A stretch of 63,606 nucleotides of DNA from an uncultured Actinomycetes bacterium (GCA_963824995.1 CAWGRK010000003.1:62001-125606), one strand, 5' to 3'. Counted from the stretch's first letter, positions 37,259 through 48,446 are shown. Notes: generated by a model not told the origin, from the letters alone. Made by a program: numbers and translations.

Positions 37259-39847
37259 ATGGCAAGAACCCTGGTCATTGTCGAGTCGCCAACCAAGGCG
37301 CGCACCATCGAGGGATTCCTCGAGAGCGACGTCGCGGTCGAGTCCTCCATGGGGCACGTGCGCGATCTACCGCGCAACTCGGCCGAGATCCCCGAGAAGC
37401 TCCGGTCCGAGCCGTGGTCGAAGCTGGGGGTGGACGTAGAGCACGAGTTCCAACCCCTTTACATCGTGCCCAAAGAGAAGCGCGACCAGATCCGCAAGCT
37501 GAAGAAGGCGATGGAGGGGATCGAAGAGCTCTTCCTGGCGACCGATGAGGACCGGGAAGGCGAGTCGATCGCCTGGCATCTCATCGAGGTGCTCGGTCCC
37601 AAGGTTCCGGTGAGACGGATGGTCTTTCACGAGATCACCCCCCGGGCGATCCAGGAGGCCTTCGCCAACCCGCGCCAGATCGACCAGCGACTGGTGGAGG
37701 CGCAGGAGACCCGCAGGGTCCTGGACCGGCTGGTCGGGTACGAGGTGTCCCCGGTGCTGTGGAGGATGATCCAACCCCGGCTCTCCGCGGGAAGGGTGCA
37801 GAGCGTCGCCATCAGGCTCGTGGTGCAGAGGGAGTGGGAGCGGATCCGGTTCCGCAGTGGCGCCTATTGGGATGTCGCCGGCAACTTCGTCGCCGACAGC
37901 GACCGCGAACTTCCCTTCCCGGCAACCCTCGTCGAGGTGGACGGGCGCCGTCTGGCGACCGGGCGCGACTTCGACGCCGCCGGGACACCCGGCGCAGACG
38001 TGCTCGTCCTGGACGAGGCCACCGCCCGCCAACTGGCCACGTCCTGCTCGGCGGCGGACATCTCGGTGCGATCGGTGGAGCGCAAGCCCTACCGGCGTAG
38101 CCCCTATCCGCCATTTCGCACATCGACTCTCCAGCAGGAGGCTGGGAGGAAGCTCGGCTTCTCCGCCTCGCGCACCATGTCGGCGGCGCAACGGCTCTAC
38201 GAGCGGGGATACATCACCTACATGCGGACCGACAGCATCGCCCTCTCCGAGTCGGCGGTGGCGGCGGCACGCTCCGAGATCGAACGCCGCTTTGGATCGA
38301 GGTTTCTCCCCTCCAAGCCGCGCTCGTACCAGGGCAAGGTGCGCAACGCCCAGGAGGCACACGAGGCCATCCGTCCCGCAGGCGAGCGGTTCCGCCACCC
38401 GGACGAAGTTGCCGGCGGGGTGGGCAACGACGACTCCAGGCTCTACCAGCTCATCTGGACGAGGACGATCGCATCGCAGATGACCGACGCCACCGGTGAG
38501 AGCGTCTCGGTGAGGCTTGGCGGTGATGCCGGCGGCCGAGATGTCGTCTTCGCCGCCACCGGCAGGGTGCTCGACCACCCGGGCTTCCTCCGCATCTACG
38601 TCGAGGGGAGCGACGACCCAAATGCCGACCTCGACGACCAGGAGCGCCGCCTCCCACCACTCGAGGAGGGCGACCTCGTCGAGGTGCTGGACCTCGAGGC
38701 GAAGGGCCACGAGACCAAGCCGCCGGCACGGTTCACCGAGGCGTCGCTGGTGCGGCGGCTCGAGGAACTGGGGGTGGGGCGGCCCTCGACCTTTGCCTCC
38801 ATACTCACCACCATCCAGGACCGTGGTTACGTGTGGAAGAAGGGCTCGGCGCTGGTGCCCACCTGGACCGCCTTTGCCGCGGTGTCGTTGCTCGAATCCC
38901 ACTTCCCGACCCTGGTCGACTACGAGTTCACCGCCCGGATGGAAGACGAGCTCGATCGGATCGCCGCCGGGGATGAGGAGTCCGTGCCCTGGCTGTCACG
39001 GTTCTATTTCGGCGACGAGGGCCTGCGCCAGACGGTGGAGTCCTCCTATGACGCCATCGACGCCCGCCAGGTGAACTCGATCGGGGTGGGGGTGACCACC
39101 GAGGGCACGCCGGTCACCGTCCGGGTAGGGAGATACGGCCCATTTCTCGAGCGAGGCGACGATCGCGCCTCACTCCCAGAAGGTCTCGCTCCAGATGAGC
39201 TGACCCTGGAGAGGGCCGTCGAGCTGCTCGATGCGCCTTCCGGCGACAAGATCTTGGGCACCGACCCCGACAGCGGGCTAACCGTGCTCGCCAGGGCCGG
39301 CCGGTATGGGCCCTATGTCCAGCTTGGCGACGCCGAGGAGGTCGAGGGCAAACCAAAGACCGTGTCGCTCTTCAAGGGGATGGAGCTAGACGAGATCGGG
39401 CTCGACTCCGCCCTGCGGCTGCTCTCGCTTCCACGGGTAGTCGGGACCGACCCGGAAGGCAGGGAGATCCTCGCCCTCAACGGAAGGTACGGACCATTTC
39501 TGAAGCGGGACGAGGAGACACGCAACCTGGACGATGAAGGTCAGATCTTCGAGGTGTCGCTCGATGAGGCGCTGGCCAAGTTCGCCGAACCACCGCGGCG
39601 ACGCGGGCAGCAGCGCACGGCGAGCGCATTGCGCACGCTTGGCGAGAGCCCCGAAACGGGCAAGCCGGTAGAGGTGCGGGACGGCCGATTCGGCCCGTAT
39701 GTCACCGATGGCGAGGTCAACGCCTCCCTCCGCAAGGGTGACGAGGTGGAACGAATCCTTCTCGAGCGGGCCTTGGAGCTGCTCGCCGAGCGAAGGGCCA
39801 AGCTGGCCGATGCGCCGCCCAAAAAGCGGAGAGCCAGGAAGTCGTAG
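37259..39847 (+). CDS. topA: DNA topoisomerase I
   Basis: IVESPTKA, ATDEDREGE, SAGRVQS, ITYMRTD, actinobacterial GRYGP repeats. Confidence 0.97.
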   Translation: MARTLVIVESPTKARTIEGFLESDVAVESSMGHVRDLPRNSAEIPEKLRSEPWSKLGVDVEHEFQPLYIVPKEKRDQIRKLKKAMEGIEELFLATDEDREGESIAWHLIEVLGPKVPVRRMVFHEITPRAIQEAFANPRQIDQRLVEAQETRRVLDRLVGYEVSPVLWRMIQPRLSAGRVQSVAIRLVVQREWERIRFRSGAYWDVAGNFVADSDRELPFPATLVEVDGRRLATGRDFDAAGTPGADVLVLDEATARQLATSCSAADISVRSVERKPYRRSPYPPFRTSTLQQEAGRKLGFSASRTMSAAQRLYERGYITYMRTDSIALSESAVAAARSEIERRFGSRFLPSKPRSYQGKVRNAQEAHEAIRPAGERFRHPDEVAGGVGNDDSRLYQLIWTRTIASQMTDATGESVSVRLGGDAGGRDVVFAATGRVLDHPGFLRIYVEGSDDPNADLDDQERRLPPLEEGDLVEVLDLEAKGHETKPPARFTEASLVRRLEELGVGRPSTFASILTTIQDRGYVWKKGSALVPTWTAFAAVSLLESHFPTLVDYEFTARMEDELDRIAAGDEESVPWLSRFYFGDEGLRQTVESSYDAIDARQVNSIGVGVTTEGTPVTVRVGRYGPFLERGDDRASLPEGLAPDELTLERAVELLDAPSGDKILGTDPDSGLTVLARAGRYGPYVQLGDAEEVEGKPKTVSLFKGMELDEIGLDSALRLLSLPRVVGTDPEGREILALNGRYGPFLKRDEETRNLDDEGQIFEVSLDEALAKFAEPPRRRGQQRTASALRTLGESPETGKPVEVRDGRFGPYVTDGEVNASLRKGDEVERILLERALELLAERRAKLADAPPKKRRARKS

Positions 39848-39854
39848 GCGACCG

Positions 39855-41165
39855 TCAGAGCACCCGGGCTGCCATCTCGGCGAGCGGGCCGCGCACGGTG
39901 CGCTCCAGGGTGACATGCCCAAAGAGGGGCGATCCCTTGAACTTCTCGATCAGCGCCGCCACGCCGCCGTATGGGGAGATGTAGGGGTTGTCCACCTGGC
40001 TCAGGTCGCCACAGAACACCACCTTGGCGTCGCGGCCCATCCGGGTGAGGATCACCTTGAGCGTTGACAGCTCCAGGTTCTGCGCCTCGTCGATGATGAC
40101 GAACTCCCCCGTGATCGACCGCCCCCGGAGATAGGTGACCGCCGCCAGCTCCAACTCGTTGCGGGCGATCAGCTCGTCTACGGCGTGGCGGGCGATGTCG
40201 GGCTCCGCGTCAGCGAACAGGGCGTGGAGGTTGTCGTGGACCGCAGCCATCCACGGAGCCAGCTTGTCTCCGAGGTCTCCCGGGAGGAACCCGAGATCCT
40301 GGCGACCCACCGGGACCAGCGGCCGGTAGACCGCCACCCTGCGGTAACGGTCCTGCTCGACCACCTGCTCGAGTGCGGCGGCAAGCGCGAGAAAGGTCTT
40401 GCCAGTCCCGGCGACGCCCATCAGCGACACGGCGGCGACGTCGGGGTCGAGCAGCAACTCGAGGGCGACGTGCTGACGCAGGTTCTTCGGCTCGACACCA
40501 AAGGCACGGGGATGACCTGATGTGCGCTCCAGGACCACCTCGGGCTCCGCCTGGACGACCTTTCCAATGGCGGATCGCGACGGACCGGAGCGCAGAACGA
40601 CGAACTCGTTGAGCATCGCACTGAGTCCGGGCACGGCCACCTTGCCCTCGTGGAAGAGCCGGTCGATCCACTCGTCTTCGATCGCCACCTCCATGATCCC
40701 GCTGTAGAGCTCGTCTACCGGCACGGTGTCAGCGCGGTAGTCCTGCACGAGCGCACCCAACTGCGCTCCCTTGATGCGGAGTGCGGCGTCCTTGGTGACC
40801 AGTACCGGCTCGCCCCCCTCGTCGGAAAGATTCAGACAGGTGGAGAGGATCCGGTTGTCCGGTGTCGAGGGATCGAAGACGTCGGGCAACCGGTCGGAGT
40901 GGACCCGGTTGAGCTCGATGCGCAACGTGCCGCCGCCAGGAAGGACCACCGGATCGCGCAGCCCGCCCGGCTGGGATGCCCCAAGCCGCTCCAGCAACCG
41001 CAGCGCCATGCGCGCATTGGCGCCCACCTCGTCGAACCTCGTCTTCTTCCTGTCGAGTTCCTCCACCACGACCAGCGGGAGCACCACGCCGTGCTCATCG
41101 AACTTGAGCGGCGCATTTGGATCGGCGAGCAGAACGCAGGTGTCGAGGACGAAGGAACGAGCCAC
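39855..41165 (-). CDS. PIN-PhoH fusion protein (PhoH2-like)
   Basis: VLDTCVLL PIN domain; GVAGTGKT, GFLPGD, RGRS, DEAQN. GTG start at 41165. Confidence 0.9.
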   Translation of the reverse strand: MARSFVLDTCVLLADPNAPLKFDEHGVVLPLVVVEELDRKKTRFDEVGANARMALRLLERLGASQPGGLRDPVVLPGGGTLRIELNRVHSDRLPDVFDPSTPDNRILSTCLNLSDEGGEPVLVTKDAALRIKGAQLGALVQDYRADTVPVDELYSGIMEVAIEDEWIDRLFHEGKVAVPGLSAMLNEFVVLRSGPSRSAIGKVVQAEPEVVLERTSGHPRAFGVEPKNLRQHVALELLLDPDVAAVSLMGVAGTGKTFLALAAALEQVVEQDRYRRVAVYRPLVPVGRQDLGFLPGDLGDKLAPWMAAVHDNLHALFADAEPDIARHAVDELIARNELELAAVTYLRGRSITGEFVIIDEAQNLELSTLKVILTRMGRDAKVVFCGDLSQVDNPYISPYGGVAALIEKFKGSPLFGHVTLERTVRGPLAEMAARVL

Positions 41166-41439
41166 TGAGTCTCCTGGGCTGATCGTCCTCCTAGGTTCGC
41201 CCCTCCCGCCCCCGGATCCAAGGACCCAAGTGATAGGTGGTGGGTGGTAGGTGGGTCGATGAACCCCTCCCCGCCGCCGCAGGCGTCCGGGGGAGGGGGG
41301 CTGGTTCACTCCCTCCGGAGCGAAAGCCGCAAAGCGATCACCGTTGGGAGTTCGACAGCCCCCTACCCGCTGCTCCGCAGCGCGGCCCTTCCCCCCTGCG
41401 GGGGGACGGAGTCGAAGTCTTCCGTCTTCCGTCTTGCCC

Positions 41440-43482
41440 TCAAAAGGAGCTGGCGAAGATAAGGCTCACGATCGTCATCACTTTGATGACGATGTTCATT
41501 GCAGGGCCTGATGTGTCCTTGAACGGATCGCCCACGGTGTCACCGATCAACACCGCTCGGTGGGCGTCGGATCCTTTGCCACCGTATGCCCCGGCTTCTA
41601 CGAACTTCTTGGCGTTGTCCCAGGCTCCGCCGGCATTGGCCATGAAGATGGCGAGGAGGAACCCTGTGACCAGTGCGCCGGCCAAGAAGGCGCCGAGCGC
41701 CTCGATGTCGATGAAGCCGATGACCAATGGGAACACGACGGCGGCGGCACCCGGGATGACCATCTCACGCAGCGCAGCCTGTGTAGCGATGTCGACGCAT
41801 GACCCGTAGTCGGGCTCCACTCCTGGCTTTCCCTCCCGCAGACCAGCGATCTCCCGGAACTGGCGGCGCACCTCGTCGATCATCCGACTCGCCGCCCGCC
41901 CGACTGCGTTCATGGTGAGCGCGGCGAAGAGGAAGGGGAACATCGCCCCGAGGAACAACCCGGCCACGGCATCGACCCCGGTGAGGTCGATCACGGTGAT
42001 CCCGGCAGCTCTGGTGAAAGCGGCGAAAAGTGCGAGAGCGGTGACCACCGCCGATCCGATAGCGAAGCCCTTGGCCACGGCGGCGGTGGTGTTGCCCAGG
42101 GCATCGAGGGCGTCGGTCGCCTCGCGCACCTCCTTTGGCAGGTGCGCCATCTCGGCTATGCCCCCGGCGTTGTCAGCGATGGGACCATAAGCGTCCACCG
42201 AAACGGTGATGGCGAGGGTCGCCAGGACGCCGATGGCGGCGATGGCTACTCCGTAGACGCCGCCTCCATCACCCAGGCCCCACTCACCGGATGCATATGC
42301 ACCGAGGATCCCGGCGACCACCACCAGCACGGAGAAGGCGGCGGAACGCATCCCTTCGGCCAGTCCGGTTATGACCACGGTCGCCGCGCCGGTCTGTGAC
42401 TGGCGGGCTATCTCCTTAACGGGCCGATGCCCGTCGGAGGTGAACCACTCCGAGATCTGACCGATGGACAACCCGACCAGGAGACCGACGAGGACCGCAC
42501 CGAAGACCCCCCACGGGTTGCCCACCCCGTCGAAGATCCAAAACGAGAGACCTGCGGCCCCGACTGCGGTGATGGCCGCGGCGCCGAGGGTGCCACGCCG
42601 CAGGGCGGCGGCCAGGTCGTCGCCCTTGGCTCTGACGAAGAACGAGGCAACGATCGATGCCCCCATCCCGACGGCCGCAATCGCCAAGGGGAAGATCAGG
42701 GTTTGTACCTGGAAGTCGGCCCCGGTGAAGGCGATGGCGGCGAATGCGATCGGAGCCACCAAGGCCCCAACGTACGACTCGAACAGGTCGGCACCCATCC
42801 CGGCGACATCGCCGACGTTGTCACCCACGTTGTCGGCGATCACCGCGGGGTTGCGGGGGTCGTCTTCGGGGATACCCGCCTCGATTTTGCCCACCAGGTC
42901 AGCGCCCACGTCGGCCGCCTTGGTGAAGATCCCACCCCCCACCCGGGCGAACAATGCGACCGATGAACCGCCCAAGCCGATTGCCGCCAGAATCTCGGCC
43001 CACTCCGGTATTCCGAAGACCTCGTTGAAGAGCAGATAGCCGGCCGCCACTCCGAGCAGACCGAAACCGGCAACGGTGAAACCCATCACGGCTCCCCCAC
43101 GAAAGGCGACTTGGAGCGCGGCGGTGACGCCGCCACTTCGAGCGGCTTCAGCGGTCCTGGTATTGGCGGCGGTGGCTATCCGCATCCCGACGAAGCCGGC
43201 GGCGGCCGAGAGGAGCGCCCCGAAAAGGTAGGCGGCAGACCCCCAGGGAGCCCCCCACGGCGTGAGCACCGCGATCATCACCGCCAGCAGGACGACGAAC
43301 CCGGCCATCCAGGTGTACTCGCGCCTGAGAAAGGTGTCGGCGCCGAGCCGGATGGCGTTGGCGATCCCGACCATCGTTTCGTTTCCCGGTGGCGCTGCGA
43401 GGACCTGGCGGGCGTGGAGCGCAGCGACCCCCAGCGCCAGCGCCGCTGCGATCAAAGCCGAGTAGAGGATCAGGTCTGTCAC
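41440..43482 (-). CDS. hppA: Membrane-bound cation-pumping pyrophosphatase, K+-dependent type
   Basis: DVGADLVGKIE, EDDPRN, DNVGDNVGD; GNTTAA has the Ala of the K+-dependent type. Confidence 0.95.
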   Translation of the reverse strand: MTDLILYSALIAAALALGVAALHARQVLAAPPGNETMVGIANAIRLGADTFLRREYTWMAGFVVLLAVMIAVLTPWGAPWGSAAYLFGALLSAAAGFVGMRIATAANTRTAEAARSGGVTAALQVAFRGGAVMGFTVAGFGLLGVAAGYLLFNEVFGIPEWAEILAAIGLGGSSVALFARVGGGIFTKAADVGADLVGKIEAGIPEDDPRNPAVIADNVGDNVGDVAGMGADLFESYVGALVAPIAFAAIAFTGADFQVQTLIFPLAIAAVGMGASIVASFFVRAKGDDLAAALRRGTLGAAAITAVGAAGLSFWIFDGVGNPWGVFGAVLVGLLVGLSIGQISEWFTSDGHRPVKEIARQSQTGAATVVITGLAEGMRSAAFSVLVVVAGILGAYASGEWGLGDGGGVYGVAIAAIGVLATLAITVSVDAYGPIADNAGGIAEMAHLPKEVREATDALDALGNTTAAVAKGFAIGSAVVTALALFAAFTRAAGITVIDLTGVDAVAGLFLGAMFPFLFAALTMNAVGRAASRMIDEVRRQFREIAGLREGKPGVEPDYGSCVDIATQAALREMVIPGAAAVVFPLVIGFIDIEALGAFLAGALVTGFLLAIFMANAGGAWDNAKKFVEAGAYGGKGSDAHRAVLIGDTVGDPFKDTSGPAMNIVIKVMTIVSLIFASSF

Positions 43483-43602
43483 AGAGAGGCTTCCCCGGGG
43501 GCTCGTGGCCGCCGGAGTGTAAGGAATCTCCCTCGATCGGACCGATCGAGCCGCCGGGCGAAGCTTGACCTCTTCTCCGCTGACGGTTTACGGTGTCTGT
43601 CG

Positions 43603-44901
43603 ATGCCTCTTGACAAAAGCCGTTCATCGCGTCCTTTTCGAGGTTGGCGCGTCGCTGCCGCCATCTCGCTGATGGCGACGCTTGCCGCCTCGTGCGCCGG
43701 CGCCGGCGCGGCGACAACCGTTGCCGCGGCGCCGTCAACCACCGTCACAACCACGACGCTCCCACCGACTACCACCACCACTCTTCCCCCGACCACGACC
43801 ACGGTCCCGCCGACGACCACCACGACCGTCGCCGCTGAGAACTTCTTCGTCAGGGTGAAAAAGGGTCCCGGCTCGCTCCGCCGCGCCATTCGCAACCTCT
43901 ACAGGTTCGCCAATCGGGAGGGCGCCCCGCCTCCCTCGATGCCAGCCGAACTGCGCCGCGTGGTCCAGAAAGGCCCGAAGCAGGACCGACTCAATGTTGC
44001 GCCGAAGTTGACCATCCGCAGGCTCCCCGACGCCCGGGTGGCCGTGGCCACGACCAAGAAGGACACGGTCCTCGCCGTCTCGAACGGTGAGGGTCGTTGG
44101 CGGATCGTTGGAGCCCACCTTGCATCTCTGAACCGCAAGCCATGGTTTGGCACGAAGAAACCTCGCCTGGTGATGGTCATTGGGTCGGATGCGCGACCTG
44201 GGCAGAACCCGCCCGACTTCCGCGCCGACAGCCTCCATGTGGTCGCGCTCCACCCCAAGAGCCACTCGGCGGCCATCGTCGGCATCCCCCGTGACTCCTA
44301 TGTCACCAGCGCCTCGGGGAGCACCGGCAAGATCACCGAGTTCATGTCCAATACGGGGCCGGGCATCATCGTCGACACCGTCGAGCAGATGGGCGGGATC
44401 GATCTCGAGGGCCACGTGCTCACCGGATTCGCCGGCTTCATCTCGATGGTGGACGAGATCGGCGGATTCATGTTCGACGTACCGACTCCCATGTCGGACG
44501 CCGGATCGCAGGCCTACTTCGACGCAGGCGCCCAGAAGTTCGACGGGACTGACGCTCTCGCCTTCGCCCGCACCAGGAAGACGCTCCTTCGGGGCGACCT
44601 CGACCGGTCGTTCAATCAGGGCCTGCTCATCATGACGGGAATGCTGCGGGCCCAGCGTCTCGGGTGGCACGGGATTCCCGAGATGGTCGAGGCATTCGGG
44701 AAGTACGGGAGTTCCGACCTGAGCGCCGAAGAACTCATGACCTTCGCCGCCGCCGTCCTCAGGACCAACCCGCGCAAGGTCACCAACTTGGTGCTGCCCG
44801 GTTCGACAGGGTGGGCGGGGAGCGCCAGCGTCGTTTTTCTTGGCGACGACTCCTACGACATCCTCTCGGACCTCGAGGATGGGCGCCTGAAGAAGTCCTG
44901 A
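43603..44901 (+). CDS. LCP (LytR-CpsA-Psr) family lipoprotein
   Basis: Lipobox AASC, Thr-rich linker, GSDAR, RADS, IPRD, ALAFARTR, GDLDR. Confidence 0.88.
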   Translation: MPLDKSRSSRPFRGWRVAAAISLMATLAASCAGAGAATTVAAAPSTTVTTTTLPPTTTTTLPPTTTTVPPTTTTTVAAENFFVRVKKGPGSLRRAIRNLYRFANREGAPPPSMPAELRRVVQKGPKQDRLNVAPKLTIRRLPDARVAVATTKKDTVLAVSNGEGRWRIVGAHLASLNRKPWFGTKKPRLVMVIGSDARPGQNPPDFRADSLHVVALHPKSHSAAIVGIPRDSYVTSASGSTGKITEFMSNTGPGIIVDTVEQMGGIDLEGHVLTGFAGFISMVDEIGGFMFDVPTPMSDAGSQAYFDAGAQKFDGTDALAFARTRKTLLRGDLDRSFNQGLLIMTGMLRAQRLGWHGIPEMVEAFGKYGSSDLSAEELMTFAAAVLRTNPRKVTNLVLPGSTGWAGSASVVFLGDDSYDILSDLEDGRLKKS

Positions 44902-44909
44902 CGCGAGAA

Positions 44910-44929
44910 GGGCGGCCTCTCGGCCGCCC
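44910..44929. terminator. GC hairpin between convergent genes
   Basis: GGGCGGCC-TCTC-GGCCGCCC. Confidence 0.55.
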
Positions 44930-44954
44930 CGCTCGGATTGGTTTCGGTTGCCTG

Positions 44955-45104
44955 TCAGCCGCCGGCCGTAGTAACCACCGCCACCGTGGTTGCGGTGCCG
45001 TCATCGGCCACGGTGTCATCGGTTGTGCCGCCGTCACACGCGGCAAAGATCACTCCGGCTGCTAGCAGCGACATCACGGTCGCGGCGGTCTTGGTACGCC
45101 TCAT
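44955..45104 (-). CDS. Small (49-aa) lipoprotein
   Basis: AAGGAGG RBS; MRRTKTAATVMSLLAAGVIFAAC lipobox; acidic Thr-rich tail. Confidence 0.7.
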   Translation of the reverse strand: MRRTKTAATVMSLLAAGVIFAACDGGTTDDTVADDGTATTVAVVTTAGG

Positions 45105-45295
45105 TTGGGCCTCCTTGTGGTCGGGTCCAAGTTTTCCCCTGAGGGGAACTTGCTCCCCTACCCCCCCATTGGCAGGGCCAAACCCTAGCCGAGATGGCCC
45201 TGCGCCCCGGCAAGCTCTGCTTTTGGCGTCACTGAACGCGGTCATGAAACGCGGGGTGACGCCAAAACGGGACGATGGGTCATCATCAGGGGTAC

Positions 45296-47591
45296 ATGGA
45301 CAGACCCTCGGAGCAGATCGCGCTCGAAGACCTGATCGAGCGATGGCAGGCCGGCGGCGAAGGCGAACTGGTACACCTCGAGCGGTTCGCCGAGCGGGAT
45401 CCGATCACCGCGCTCCCCGACCCTCCGTTGCCGGGTGCCCTGGAGGAACGGCTCAAAGAGCGGGGTATCGAGCGCCTCTACCGACACCAGGTCGCCGGGA
45501 TCCGCCGGATCCGAGAAGGAAGGCACACCGTCCTCGTCTCGGGTACTTCTTCGGGAAAGACACTCACCTACCAGGTGCCGATCGTCGAACGGGCGTTGGA
45601 GGATCCCCGCACAACCGCACTGCTGCTCTATCCCACCAAGGCGCTGGCGCAGGACCAACTCGGTTCGCTGCAGCGCTACAGGCTCCCCGGTGTGACCGCG
45701 GCAACGTACGACGGCGACACCCCAGACGAGCAGCGGCGGTGGGTGCGCCGGCACGCAACCGCGGTGCTGACCAACCCCGACATGCTCCACGTGGGGATCC
45801 TCCCCCACCATCAGCGGTGGGCCGACTTTCTGGTGCGGCTCCAGTTCGTGGTGGTGGACGAGATGCACACGCTGCGCGGTGTCTTCGGGAGTCACGTGGC
45901 GCATCTCCTGCGCCGTCTCCGACGAATAGCCGCTCACTACGGATCGCGCCCCACCTTCGTGTTCACTTCGGCCACCATCGGCAACCCGGGCGAGCTTGCC
46001 GCCCGGCTCAGCGGTCTCGATGTCGAGGTGGTGGAAGGAGACGACTCGCCACGCGGTGAGAAGTTGGTGGCACTTTGGAACCCCCCGATGCTCGACACCG
46101 ACACCGGACGCCGCCGCAGCGCTCTCACCGACGCCACCAGCCTGTTCGTCGATCTGGTGCGTGAGGGCCACCACACAATCGTGTTCGCCCGCAGCCGCAA
46201 GGCGACCGAGTTGGTGTACCGGTGGTCTACGGAGCGGCTTGGCGAACTGGCCAACAGGGTGGCGCCTTACCGGGCGGGTTATCTTCCGGCCGACCGTCGC
46301 GCCGTGGAACAGAGGCTGTTTTCGGGGGATCTGCTCGGGGTGACCGCGACCAACGCACTCGAGTTGGGGATAGATGTCGGCTCACTCGATGCGGCGATCG
46401 TCACCACCTTCCCAGGGACGATCGCCGCCTTCTGGCAGCAATCGGGACGAGCCGGTCGGATGAGGCAGAAGTCGCTGGCGCTGCTCGTCGGGGGCGAGGA
46501 CGCCCTCGATCAGTGGTTCATGTCGAATCCGGGCGAGCTCTTCGCTCGCCCGCACGAGGCTGCGGTGGTCAACCCGTCGAACCCCATGATCACCGAGGCT
46601 CACGCCGGATGTGCCGCGTACGAGCTGCCCTTGGGCCTGGAGGACCGTGAGATTCTGGGCGAGCAGACCGAGGAAGCGGCGAACCGTCTCGTCCAGGCGG
46701 GTCACCTCCGGCTGCGCGAGGGCAGGCTGGTGTGGAGCCGGCGCCAATCACCCGCGCCCATGGTGGACATCCGCTCCAGCGGCGGGCCGACATACACGAT
46801 CTGGAACTCGGCGAGCGGACGGGCCATCGGGACGATCGAGGAGAGCCGGGCCTTCCGCGATGCACATCCCGGTGCTGTCTACCTCCATCAGGGGGAGACC
46901 CACCTGGTGGAGGAACTCGACCTGGCCCTGAAGCAGGTTGTGGTCAGACCGGGCACCGTGGACTACTACACGCAACCGGGCGAGGAGAAGATGCTCGAGA
47001 TAGTCGACGAGCAGGCTGCCACCTGGTCGGGAGCGCTCCCGCATCGTCTCGGTCGGGTGAGGGTGGAGAGCCACATCGTCGGCTACCAGCGAAAGCGCAT
47101 CGGCAGTGGTGAGGTCCTCGACCGGGTCCCTCTCGACCTGCCACCCGCGGTATTCGAGACACAGGCGGTGTGGTGGGTGGTGCCACTCGAAGTCCTCCGC
47201 CAGGCGGCGGTGAGCGCCACCGAAGCACCCGGCACACTCCACGCCGCCGAGCACGCCGCCATCGCCATGCTCCCCCTGTTCGCCATATGCGACCGTTGGG
47301 ACGTGGGCGGGCTCTCCACCACGTGGCACCCGGCAACCGGTGCACCGATGATCTTCATATACGAGGCGTACCCGGGCGGGGCGGGGGTGTCACCCATCGC
47401 CTTCGCCGCGGGCGAGCAGACACCTCGGCGCCACCCTGGAGGCAATACGGGCATGTCCCTGCTCGTCGGGGTGTCCGTCCTGCATCCAGTCCCCGAAGTG
47501 CGGTAACTACAACGAGCCGCTCTCCAAGTCTGGTGCCATCGACTTCCTCGACACGGCCCTCACCTCCGGATCGGGGCCAGCGAGGCGCTGA
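45296..47591 (+). CDS. DEAD/DEAH helicase with DUF1998 domain (SftH/Rv3649-like), frameshift near 47420
   Basis: [34 protein letters not shown]-terminal [18 protein letters not shown] lies in the shifted frame, ending at TGA 47591. Confidence 0.9.
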
Positions 47592-48048
47592 GGACGCCGA
47601 CCAGGGCGGCAGGCGCTACCTCGATCTGGAGCCCTCGCCTCCCACCGCTGACGAAGACCGTCTCTTGATCCGCCGCCGTCGAGTCGAGCACCACCGGGAG
47701 GCTGCGTCGTTGGCCGAACGGGCTGATCCCACCCACGACATAACCGGTGAGACGCTCCGCATCGGCGGGTTCGGCCATTTCGGCGCGCTTCCCACCGGTG
47801 GCGTGGGCAAGCGCCTTCAGGTCGAGTTGGCCGTTCACCGGGACGATGGCCACCGCCGGTGATCCGTCGACCATTGCCAACAGGGTCTTGAACACCCGGC
47901 CAGGGTGGGCACCGATGCGGGCGGCGACCATCTCGCCGTAGGTGGAGGCGGCTGTGCCTGGATCGGACTCGAGCGTGTATGGGTGGATCCGGTATTCGAC
48001 GCCGGCCGCATCGAGCGCCCGTGTCGCCGCAGTGACGTTGGCTGCCAC
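47560..48048 (-). CDS. ybaK: Cys-tRNA(Pro) deacylase
   Basis: [25 protein letters not shown]. Confidence 0.9.
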   Translation of the reverse strand: MAANVTAATRALDAAGVEYRIHPYTLESDPGTAASTYGEMVAARIGAHPGRVFKTLLAMVDGSPAVAIVPVNGQLDLKALAHATGGKRAEMAEPADAERLTGYVVGGISPFGQRRSLPVVLDSTAADQETVFVSGGRRGLQIEVAPAALVGVLSASLAPIRR

Positions 48049-48059
48049 GGCGGGCGAGG

Positions 48060-48446
48060 ATAGGTGACCGGCAGCAGCCTGACCGGGTCGAATTCGGCCC
48101 GGAAAACGTCCGGACCGTGTGGGTGCCGAACATCTCGATGGTCACCGCCACCTCCACCTCGACGATCCTCGAAGACCAACTTGGGTCGGTGGGACATCTG
48201 CATCTGACCAGGGTGGCGCCGTTGTCGATTGCGAACCTCTGCGCCTCCTCGGCCGGTGAGCCGTCGTCCCAAAGGGGCGGAAGGTGACAGGGGCAGCGGC
48301 CAGAGCGGCAGCGTCGGCGGCGGCGACCGCCCGGCCGCCGCCCGGCCGACACCACCCCGCCCGCCGCAGCCGCAGTGGCGAAAAGTACGAGCAGTCCGGC
48401 GATGACGGCGGCGATGATCGAGCGCCGCGCCACCCTCGGGATTCAC
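48060..48446 (-). CDS. TadE/TadG-like pilus protein (Rv3654c-like), frameshifted; 3' end approximate
   Basis: AADAAALAAA motif when read across frames; lies in the tad locus. Confidence 0.6.

Noticed and set aside
45160..45240. c-di-GMP-I riboswitch (GGGCCAAACC resembles its 5' part)
   Set aside because: The GAAA tetraloop and GACGCAAAGC elements are not in the right order or strand.
47410..47430. Programmed frameshift in the helicase
   Set aside because: No slippery sequence, and it lies in an indel-rich zone best explained by sequencing error.
45296..47591. DISARM DrmB defence helicase
   Set aside because: No other drm or methylase genes; its position between topA/hppA and the tad locus is the housekeeping actinobacterial context.
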